DNA of 64,000 nucleotides from Spizellomyces punctatus DAOM BR117 (taxonomy: Eukaryota), in assembly GCA_000182565.2 (NCBI GenBank), contig KQ257470.1; one strand, given 5' to 3'. The notes below the pieces were generated by a model that saw nothing but the letters and a program-made list of their open reading frames with translations, had not been told where the DNA came from and did not search any database. The position numbers were made by a program, and so were the translations under genes. This document shows positions 55,721 to 64,000 of the stretch, piece by piece. The first letter of the stretch is position 1; each line of letters begins with the position of its first letter.

Positions 55721-56174
55721 AGAAACGGGACGCATGAGCGACACGCGATAGCAACCAAAGAGCGTATAGATCACAGCTATCAAGTCGCTCCAGAGGCCAG
55801 CAATGGCTTGATCACATTACGGCAGACCGTTCCTCTATCCAGGCTGCATTCTCTACATATACAATATTTCAACGGAAAAAGACTGGTTCTTGGTGTTCTT
55901 TGGGAAATAACAGTGGGGAGTTATAGACGTTGGAGGTACCCAACAATTGTTAGTTTTAGATGTGTGTTAAAAAGTATTCTGTTCAAATTCTTGGGCAAAT
56001 AAATGTGTTGAATGGTGTTTTCGTGTGCTGTTTCCTGGCAGTTGCGTCGCGCGACTAAGCCCTTTGGGTGTCACGTGGAGCAGCGCTTTCTAGCAAAGCT
56101 GCGGAGGCATTTGCTGTCTACCAATATCTCTGCATGTGTCAGCCATATCCAACAAAAGTCTATACAGCCAGAAG

Positions 56175-58297
56175 CTAATCTGATTCGTCACCACTGCTCA
56201 TGGCGGCGCTACTCGTCCGCACCTCTTCAAACCCTCCTACCCACACTTCATAAGTTTTTGGATCACAGTACTTGCCAACGACCGTTTCCTGGATTTGTTG
56301 TGCGTAGTCAAAGTCCTGCTTAGCTGCTGGTACCTCTGATAACGGTCTCATTCCCCATTCTCGTAAGCCAGCGGCGGTGACAGGGGCAACAGAAGAATTA
56401 CGGCCCACTTTGCGAACATTTGCCCATATCCACCGTAACGGTGACGGGCGTAGCGGGAGTCCTTCCGGGGAAAGAACAAGGTTTGTGAAATCGTGATGCA
56501 CTTGGTCAAGGACTATTTTCCACGCAAACCCTCGCTTTCGTGTTTGGTGACCAATTGCAAGTACATTGTCCAAGTCGCCCGTTTCCATGTTCCAATCAGC
56601 CAGCATAACGGAATAAATCGTCCGCTTTCCGCTACTTTCTTCCCAGGTACTTCCACCAGGTGTATGGGCCGACGCACTTCGCTTTGGTCGCAACCATTTG
56701 ACGACAAGATATCTCCGACAGATCGGCCTCATCTCTTTATCTTCACCATACACCATCTGTCGCATTTCCTCTCGCACATGCTCGATATTTCCATTGAGCT
56801 CATCCCACGTTTTACAATTAGGTATGTGCTCCATAATTTTCGGTTGTGCATGTGCATGCAACATAATATCATCGACGGAGGCAAGGATAGCTGAGATCAA
56901 GTCTTGCGAGGGCGGTTTTGAAAGCGCCCGGGAATTTGGCATATGCGCGGGGTTAGAAATCAACCGTATGTCGCTGTGCACTTCAGAGTGCACACCAAAC
57001 CGTTCGTGTGACAAGGAGCACGTAAGACGATTAGCGGCAAAGAGTTGTGTTGGCCTCCATTTGCCTGTTCGATACTTTCCTCCACCGCCGCAATCACTAT
57101 TTACAAAATGCTATCAGAATCAAAAAGAGACCAATGATTGGTAGCTGTATGTAAAATACCTGCATAGAGAATACTTGTTGTGGCACTACAATCGGATATC
57201 GGCCAGGTGACATCAGCAAAGATCCATCATGTGCAAACGTTGAAAATAAGCGACTTACGGCGATGCAAACTACCTCCCACCGCAAACCCGGGTTCCCCCG
57301 TCGATCCCGCGCTTATCATCGCACTGTGTACTCCTCCCACTCCAGCCTTTCTTTTGCAAACATCGCAGCCGAGAGATTTGTCGCTAGGTCCCAATAGTGA
57401 CTCCTTTCGCTTCTTGTATGGCGGCTCGGACGAGGTGCTCTGCTTCGACGCTCCTCCTTTTTCCCGTGCAGCACACGATGTACACCGTATATTAACGACA
57501 TAAGGCTCAGCAAGCTGTTCTTCCGTCCCATGCAAATACAAATGCGCTACAGGGGTCGAACAATCCCGGCATGTGGCATCAGTCTCCTTCATCTCACGTT
57601 TGCGGCGTCTTCGGCCATTATTTGTTTGCGCTGTTTGCGGTATGTCACTCTTGCTGGACGGCAATGATGGTGACGACTGCCCTATGCTAGCATACGGGGA
57701 AGAGGACGAGGATGCATTTTCCAATGCATAGTCTGCCCAGTTCTCGTCAACCAAATTCCCCTCAGCATCCTGGACGTTCAGATCGTCCTCCATCATTGGT
57801 GTGAAGAGATCTCTGGTGAAAGACATTTGTCCAACCCAACCATCCAAAAAATTGTTGTGTGAGAGTTCCGGGGTGTCCGATACAGAAATGGAATTTAATG
57901 GCACATCCGATGCATAGGAGGTTGGACTATGGGAGTATTGGCCAATGTCAATGGGAAGGTGGACCGATGCTCCCCATGACTCAACGTTCGGCACGGGAGC
58001 AGAAGGTTCGGGAGGTGTTATGGGCAAGAGGTGCAATGGCTGGGCCATAGAATGTGTACCAGTTGAATGCCCTGACGTCGCCACATTCCCCAACCCACTT
58101 GCATCAGAAGCTAGCGCCCTTTTCTCTCGTATTATCTCCAGCTCCAGTTCTTTGGCTTTTCTTTCTTCCTCTTTTGCCGCCTTCTCCGCTTCCTTTGCCA
58201 GTCTATGCTCTTGCAATATGGAGAGAATGAGCTGAAGAGAGGTTTCCGACGCATCGGAGGGTATCCTGTCGATAAGAGCTGTGAACGGGTCCGCCAT
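56175..58297 (-). CDS. Uncharacterised fungal Cys-rich (multi-CxxC) protein; apparent +1 frameshift at ~57276-57278
   Basis: CRDC, CTSC, CDVC, then EVVCIA|CHNKYSLCS|DCGGGGKYRTGKWRP...TCSLSHER across two GT-AG introns. A continuous frame requires removing one base. Confidence 0.65.
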
Positions 58298-59304
58298 TCT
58301 CTAGTGGTCTTTCTACCACCCAACGTCCGGTCTATCGTCATATGCCCAACCAAAACACTCCAATTCCAGCGAGAAATATTTTGGGCCGTTTCGGAATTCG
58401 ATGTGGAGTAGCACTAGAACCACACTTGGTAGGCTTTGGAAGCGTCGAACCATAGATTGGAATGCTTAAATCTGCCGCTGGCTTGATCGTCCGTTCCATT
58501 GGACTTGACCGTTCTTTACCTCTTGAGATTTACATCGGTGTGCAGTTGGCATAATTGAAGAAACTAAAATCCAAACAGTTCTCGCTCAAGCAGAAAGACA
58601 AACTGTATAGAATAATTTATTACATTCTGTGAAGGCTCTTCCGGAGGCCAGCCAAGGTCAGTCCATGGCGAATCTCATCTGACCATAGTGTAAATAGACA
58701 TATTTCTCGATTGCAGAATGCTCTCATGGAGGATGGTAAGTTAATATCAAATGGATATTTATGATTTGTATATGTCAGATGTGAAGCTGTATATTTTGGA
58801 GGCCGGTAAGCTGACACACTCCGAGTTAACCGCGGCTGTTCCAAATCGCTGTCGCCATGATGCTTTTAGATGGGTATGTGACGGAGAACATAGCGGCACT
58901 GTTATCTTATGAAATGACACAGACATGTAAATCCTCTCTACGTATCGCATGTCGAGTGTCGGCGTCCTGTTTCTAATATCCAACAACTACCAGAAACATT
59001 GTTAAGATTTCCTATTTGTCGTCAGCGAACAGCAGTTTACTGTAACAGAGGCTGATACCGCTGAGGATGGAACAGTAGCGGCTAAGTGGGAGAAGCACCT
59101 AGATATTTTTTTGATGCAGAGAGACTAACTATGCAATCAGAAAGAGATAATTAGAAGAAGAAAAGCCTGATACCGCATAAAGGAGGTATCTTTGTTCGTA
59201 GTTATAAGCAGCTAGTAGTTTGCAACGATTAAGTCGCATGCAGATTTAGGATATCATGAAATGTTTTCAATATCCATTCCATAATTCTCCTTCGAACATT
59301 TATA

Positions 59305-59332
59305 GTGCGGAGCCGATGGGTATTGGCACTAG
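59305..59332 (+). repeat. Left terminal inverted repeat of the Fanzor element (GTGCGGAGCCGATGGGTATTGGCACTAG), preceded by TATA
   Basis: The reverse complement CTAGTGCCAATACCCATCGGCTCCGCAC-TA matches, from recall, the 3' end of the SpuFz1 omegaRNA scaffold/right TIR with one mismatch. Confidence 0.75.
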
Positions 59333-59405
59333 TACATATTCCAACCAATTTAATCATAATTTTACTCGATTTAGACTCATGAACTATGGTTTGATCCAAA
59401 AATCC

Positions 59406-59412
59406 TATATAA
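59406..59412 (+). promoter_or_regulatory. TATA box upstream of the Fanzor ORF
   Basis: TATATAA about 52 bp before ATG 59464, inside the element. Confidence 0.5.
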
Positions 59413-59463
59413 GTTGTCGTCGCCCATTTTCCCAGGCTTTCATCTTTTTCTACAGATATCATC

Positions 59464-60393
59464 ATGCCACCAAAGAAGAAGCAAAAGCTTGAAAAACTCG
59501 ACAAACCCACTTTACATACCTGCAACAAGACTTCCTTTGCAAAAGCTTTCCTGCCAAACTATCACCAACGGCTTCGAGATTACATCGCCATCATCCATCA
59601 ACTTGCTGATCATGCTTCCCACGCTCTCAAATTCTACATCCTATCTGCACCAACCTTTCCCACAGTAAATGAAGATACAATCGAAGCCATACTGTATCTT
59701 CTCAACAAGGGGGAGGCTTGGCAACCAAGAATGGATGCAAAGAAGGCGATACGCGGATGCTTGTTGCCATATGTTCAATGGTACTGCCAAATTGTCGGCT
59801 TCTTTCACCCAAATCTACGAGGCGAGCAGCAGTCAATCAATTACCTGACAGCGAGTATGATGACAAACCTGAAGGTCAACGTTCAAGAACATTTCATGAT
59901 GATGCTGCTCCGATATATCAATCTGCGGCTTGACGTGAAGGGACGGAAAGGGCAACTGCCACCGAAAAGCGATGCGCGAAAAGCTTTCTTTACTCGGCTA
60001 CGCTATTTAAAGTCAGTTTTTCTTTTTGATATCGTGCCCGAGTCGCTGGATGACTTGACTGCTGAAGAGAGTGAGCTTCTAGAAGAGATCTGGACACTTA
60101 ACCTGCCATTTCCTGATCAAGACAAGCTGCTTGCCTACCTCATTGCCATTGACGCGATGTCCTTCTTTCCTGCATACTGTTGGTTGTCAAGCCTATATGA
60201 AAAGCATGGATTTCGATGGTTCAGTGCCATACCTCTGCCCCGCTCACTCATCCAAAGCCACATTCGCATCGACTCCAAAATCCTGTACCAGCATATCCTT
60301 TGCATCACGCAGCGAGAAGCAGAAGCTGTAGAGAAGGTCGATTTATGGTTGCACGTCTGTAATCTACGTACCAAAGCTTTTCGGTCTCGCTGA
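59464..60393 (+). pseudogene. Fz1: Fanzor1 RNA-guided endonuclease (TnpB/Cas12-related), truncated 309-aa N-terminal WED/REC half
   Basis: MPPKKKQKLE (NLS-like), LHTCNKTSFAKAFLPN, IIHQLADHASHALKFYIL, MMTNLKVNVQEHF, FSAIPL.RSLIQSHIRID and TKAFRSR closely match the N-terminal half of Spizellomyces SpuFz1 as recalled. The stop codon is formed at the junction with the repeat array. Confidence 0.87.
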
Positions 60394-60572
60394 TAATATG
60401 ATATACCCGGCTTATAATATGATATACCCGGCTTATAATATGATATACCCGGCTTATAATATGATATACCCGGCTTATAATATGATATACCCGGCTTATA
60501 ATATGATATACCCGGCTTATAATATGATATACCTGGCTTATAATATGATATACCCGGCTTATAATATGATAT
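60393..60572. repeat. Tandem array, 21-bp unit ATAATATGATATACCCGGCTT, 8 full copies plus a partial copy
   Basis: Directly visible; copy 7 has CCTGG instead of CCCGG; no spacers. Confidence 0.97.
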
Positions 60573-60589
60573 TAATAAGCCGTATTGAA

Positions 60590-60657
60590 GTGTTTGCCCA
60601 ATGCATTGGAGTGTTTCAAAGTGTTTCAAAGTGTTTCGAGTCTTCCAAGGTGTTTGT
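60590..60657. repeat. Short GTGTTT(C/G) iterated repeats, including a 10-bp GTGTTTCAAA tandem
   Basis: GTGTTTGCC, GTGTTTCAAA x2, GTGTTTCGAG and GTGTTTGTCC just inside the array. Confidence 0.75.
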
Positions 60658-60899
60658 CCAAGTCCGGGACTATTGATGAAGGGATGTGCGCATCTACGCC
60701 GAAAATTTTCTCTGACATACACGTAAAGTTTTACGCATCTAATATTTCGCATGTCCAAACTCCACCTAATTCAAAGTCAACACTGGTTCTAACTTGACAT
60801 TCGCTTCTTCTCAAGACTCCATGGTTCGTGTTCCCTTGGGCGGTTCATTTGGTGATTTTACTTGAGCAAATTCTTGCCACTAGGTTCAAATGCCACACT

Positions 60900-61446
60900 T
60901 TATGAAATCACTTTATCTTGGGACTCCATCTCTCCACCTTCCTTTACTGATGGTACTCGGGAGACCTTCAGTCTCAACACTTTTCGTTGTTTGCGGTAGA
61001 TTGTGGAAATCTCCATCACTTGGTCTTCTGTATATCCTGCCTCCATCAGCCCCTGCTTGTCTTTTGCTTAAACAAGCCCCATTGCTTCTCCTCGGCGAAA
61101 GATGTTACATACACAGCTGCCTCTTGTGGAGATAAGATCGTCCTCACAATATGCCCGCCAGCAACGTAGCAGTTGGATTCAATGTACGGTTGAGCGCTTA
61201 AGTGCTAATACGTAACGTTGATTGCAACACTCCGAAGCCAGACCCTGCATGCATCTCAGCTGTGGTGATTCAACAGTCNNNNNNNNNNNNNNNNNNNNNN
61301 NNNNNNNNNNNNNNNNNNNNNNNNNNNNNNNNNNNNNNNNNNNNNNNNNNNNNNNNNNNNNNNNNNNNNNNNNNNNNNGTGAGTTGGTAGAACCTCTTCA
61401 TCTCATTTAGCTCTTCTTCACTTGCTCGCCTCATCATTTTCTCCAT
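60900..61446 (-). pseudogene. Possible degraded ORF of unknown function spanning an assembly gap
   Basis: Begins MEKMMRRASEEELNEMKRFYQL before the gap. After it, YIESNCYVAGGHIVRT...WGLFKQK and DKQGLMEAGYTEDQVMEISTIYRKQRK lie in different frames. Confidence 0.3.
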
Positions 61447-61729
61447 TGTTAATTGCAGCTGTATTCGAATGTTGTATATGGAATCGTTTTTGAAAAGAAG
61501 GCTTCGAGCTGGGGAGACCGGCGACCCTCTTTTATAAACGGAAAAGGAACTCTCCCATCTTATCGATATGATGGCCTTCTTTTATGTCCCATCTGATCCA
61601 TATGTTTCCTTATGTTTCCTTTGAAGAATAATGATTCTATCGATACTTTCCCTCATATTTCATGTGACCTTTCTATCGACAGTAACCTTTCACAAAAAAG
61701 GGAAACTAATGGAGATGCTGGAAAAAATC

Positions 61730-62059
61730 CTAGAACTAGGGCTTTTTCACAACATGCCCATTTTCGCTCACTGCTCCACAAAAACAGCTCTAGAATCCTA
61801 GCCCTTTTTTTGCCCGGTCTTCTCTACTTTTCAAAAAATTTTCATTTTTTTTTTTCAAAATTGAAATTTGATTCCATTTGTGAGATTTGACCCGGGAAAA
61901 TGGGCTAGAATGGCTAGGATTCTTGTCTTTTGCTATGTAGGGTATTTTATACTACTAATAAATAAATATATATATTCTTATATGTTAAATTATACTACAT
62001 ACATGTAGAGAGAACAAAACCTAGCCATCGAAAAACTAGGATGAGCTAGGATGTACTAG
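61730..62059. promoter_or_regulatory. Origin-like non-coding region: 10 CTAG iterons, 12-bp perfect inverted repeat, AT-rich cores
   Basis: AGAATCCTAGCC (61792-61803) and GGCTAGGATTCT (61912-61923) flank a T/A-rich core; CTAGGA repeated at 10-bp spacing at 62036, 62046 and 62056. Confidence 0.5.
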
Positions 62060-62143
62060 GAATTCTTTTTCCTTTCACTGCTTTAGCTTCTTACTCCTAC
62101 TTTTTCTACCATCTCTACCTTCAATTGTTCTCGCTTATACCCC

Positions 62144-62808
62144 CTAGCGCCTTTTGTAATGTTTTATGCAGTAGATTTTCCATGCTGGCTCTGTTAAGTG
62201 GATTCTTTTCTTGCAGCCTTCCTGTGCACAATCTCTGGTTTTCCTCCGACTTGTCCTTGCAGAACACGTGGTGGTAATAGCCATCCCTTTGCTTTTCTGC
62301 CAGTCTGGTAGACACATTGTCTTCCATGTACGCTCTTTTTCATCGGAACANNNNNNNNNNNNNNNNNNNNNNNNNNNNNNNNNNNNNNNNNNNNNNNNNN
62401 NNNNNNNNNNNNNNNNNNNNNNNNNNNNNNNNNNNNNNNNNNNNNNNNNNTCTGGGAATGACAAAAATCACATACTTCATTGTTGAGCGCACCTTCTTTC
62501 TTATACTGTTTTTCACACAGTAAACATTTCCGCATCGTATTGACAAGTTCCTGTCTCATCTTGGCTGCCCTTTCCACCTCTTCATCTGGGAAAAACCGCT
62601 TTATACAGCAGTTGCCAATGACAAGTACCTTTCCGGTATAGATGTTCTGGACAAAACAGTTCTCTTTGATGGGATGTGTACAAAGGCAGCGGTTTTCCTT
62701 GTCTAAGCGAAAACTCTCAACCTTCCATTCCCGAATGGCTTCCTCAAATAAATCGCTCAAAGATTCATTCGGTAGTTCCCTTGTGAATGTATTGAAATAT
62801 GATGTCAT
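62144..62808 (-). CDS. Cys-rich Zn-binding protein of large-DNA-virus type, spans assembly gap
   Basis: EAIREW...RCLCTHPIKENCFVQN..TGKVLVIGNCCIKRF, CLLC and CDFC; after the gap, CAQEGCKKRI...WKIYCIKHYKRR*. Confidence 0.6.
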
Positions 62809-62848
62809 GCGTGTTCAATATACTTACCACTGTTTATTGTCTATATCT

Positions 62849-63055
62849 TTAAATGGCCGTTTTGTCTGTTTTTGGTACCCTACTTATTGTTATAAAATCA
62901 TGCCACAAGGTTCTCTTGTCGCCCATGACCAACTTTCTAACCGTTAGGTGACATAATGATAGGTCTTTGGCGAGTCTCCTTATCGACGGTGTGCGGATCG
63001 AGGTCTCATTACCGAATCGGTTCACCGTGGCAATGTAGTCAAATTTCGAATGCAT
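62849..63055 (-). CDS. Small basic protein with HTH-like segment
   Basis: 68 aa containing SIRRLAKDLSLCHLTVRKLV; tightly packed with the Zn-protein gene and divergent from Prim-Pol. Confidence 0.4.
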   Translation of the reverse strand: MHSKFDYIATVNRFGNETSIRTPSIRRLAKDLSLCHLTVRKLVMGDKRTLWHDFITISRVPKTDKTAI

Positions 63056-63205
63056 TAGTGGTATGTTGTTTTACTATACTAAGAGGCATATCATTTAAGT
63101 AGTGTCTTTTTTTTCATCGCATTTGTCGAGTTTTTCTGGAACAAAAAAAAGCTACTTAAATACATACGTCCGTGTGTTATACAGATATATCACCAAATTC
63201 AAACC

Positions 63206-64000
63206 ATGCCACAAACACTGCTTTTCCAAACTGCCAAGAAAATGAAGCATGCTAATCCTTCATTCAATCCTATCCCCGCATCTGTCGAGGACAAACGTCC
63301 TTTAGGCAAGTGGAGTGGTACTTCATACCTGTTCGAAAGAGATTTTCCTAAACGTGAACAATGGCAACCGGATTGCAATCTCGGTTTACTGGTATCTGAT
63401 GACTATATTGTCGTGGATGTTGACGCAAAGCCACCCGCGCAACGATCCAAAAGTAAAATCTATAGTGAAGCCCTCGGAACAGTCGACTTTGCAGAACTGG
63501 TTGAGCAAAACGAACCTTTGCCCACTACACTCTCACTCACCACACCCAGTGGAGGAAAACACTTTTACTTTTCTTTGAGTGGTAAGGATGGCGAAAGTAT
63601 CTTGAAAAATTGGACAGCATGCATGACGCGGGAAGACGGCTCTGTTATCGCAGTCGACATTCAGACAAAAGGCGGTTACGTAATGGTTCCACCCAGCAAG
63701 AAGGGATGTCAACGCTATGAATGGGACACAAAGGATGGTTTCAAGGTGCCGATGGCTCCTTTGCCAAACTGGATTCTTAAGAACATTCTTGATGCACATG
63801 GCAAACATCCTCAACATTTTGAGGCTCAGGAGTTTACAGAATCGCCGCACTTAAACAATGAAGTCAGCAATGAAGACATTGAAATGTTCAAAAAAAGCGA
63901 GTTCTGGAAAGACTGTTTCTCCATCTCTTCAAGACCAGATCACAACAATCTGTACATTATCACAGCAAGTGTGCCCTATGATTGCTCAATTTGCAACAGA
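63206..64000 (+). CDS. Bifunctional DNA primase/polymerase (Prim-Pol, AEP superfamily), 3'-partial
   Basis: Hand translation from ATG 63206 is open for 265 codons to the window end: DKRPLGKW, CNLGLLV..YIVVDVD, TTPSGGKHFYF, VDIQTKGGYVMVPPS, YEW and APLPNW, then CSIC at the edge. Confidence 0.88.
   Translation, partial: MPQTLLFQTAKKMKHANPSFNPIPASVEDKRPLGKWSGTSYLFERDFPKREQWQPDCNLGLLVSDDYIVVDVDAKPPAQRSKSKIYSEALGTVDFAELVEQNEPLPTTLSLTTPSGGKHFYFSLSGKDGESILKNWTACMTREDGSVIAVDIQTKGGYVMVPPSKKGCQRYEWDTKDGFKVPMAPLPNWILKNILDAHGKHPQHFEAQEFTESPHLNNEVSNEDIEMFKKSEFWKDCFSISSRPDHNNLYIITASVPYDCSICNR

Larger units (their letters stand above)
59305..60392 (+). mobile_element. Fanzor1-encoding transposon (Spu-1-like), left portion only; RuvC half, omegaRNA and right end not seen
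   Basis: Left terminal repeat, TATA box and Fanzor ORF, ending abruptly at the 21-bp array. Confidence 0.85.
60393..64000. mobile_element. Virus-like / self-replicating DNA element (endogenous viral element candidate), continues beyond window
   Basis: Terminal tandem array, AT-richer and apparently intron-less ORFs, a Prim-Pol gene and a giant-virus-type Zn protein; two scaffold gaps inside. Confidence 0.6.

Noticed and set aside
60393-60572. CRISPR-like array next to a Cas12/TnpB-related gene
   Set aside because: The units are directly abutting, with no variable spacers; it is a tandem array.
60393-60572. Host telomere repeat
   Set aside because: The unit lacks TTAGGG-like G-rich strand bias and is internal, with unique sequence on both sides.
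60135-60758. ORFs with (ISYYKPG)n or (MIYPAYN)n peptide repeats
   Set aside because: These are by-products of a 21-bp (multiple of 3) DNA repeat; the minus-strand ORF also overlaps the Fanzor antisense. No independent sign of coding.
61857-61864. AAAATTGA Mimivirus-type early promoter motif
   Set aside because: A single copy in an AT-rich tract with no plus-strand ORF directly downstream; expected by chance.
60393-64000. Fanzor omegaRNA / right TIR
   Set aside because: No …GGCTCCGCACTA-like sequence was found by eye in the visible downstream DNA; it could lie in a gap or beyond the window.

Overview
Gene-dense, intron-rich fungal DNA, most consistent with a zoosporic chytrid (Spizellomyces-like). 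This rests on short GT-AG introns, an RIIa-domain ciliary-type gene, full-length FANCM, SMG6 and a SpuFz1-like Fanzor. Bases 1 to ~58,300 hold about 25 host genes: Sel1-repeat protein, DCC1, Cyp40/CPR6, a TEY MAPK, RIIAD1-like, bZIP, CENP-K, MRPS8, ThrE/PRM10-like, cyclin T/K, FANCM, THI6, GVP36-like BAR protein, epoxide hydrolase, REV1, FtsX/MacB-like permease, a kinase, SMG6, a PPR protein, CHS5, flavin reductase, PTH1, an aspartic protease and others. The last ~4.7 kb are different. A Fanzor1 (eukaryotic TnpB/OMEGA) transposon, with its left terminal repeat and an open 309-aa N-terminal half, is cut off just before the RuvC-containing half by an ~8.5-copy 21-bp tandem array ending in a hairpin. 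After the array comes an AT-richer, apparently intron-less, virus-like segment: an origin-like CTAG/inverted-repeat region, a giant-virus-type Zn-binding ORF, a small HTH-like ORF, and a Prim-Pol primase-polymerase that runs off the window and is absent from the supplied ORF track. A second highlight is FANCM, whose C-terminal ERCC4 domain appears to keep the complete XPF catalytic motif. Exon boundaries were inferred by eye. Family assignments come from remembered motifs, not database searches. Three 100-N scaffold gaps (1120-1219, 61279-61378, 62351-62450) limit linkage claims.
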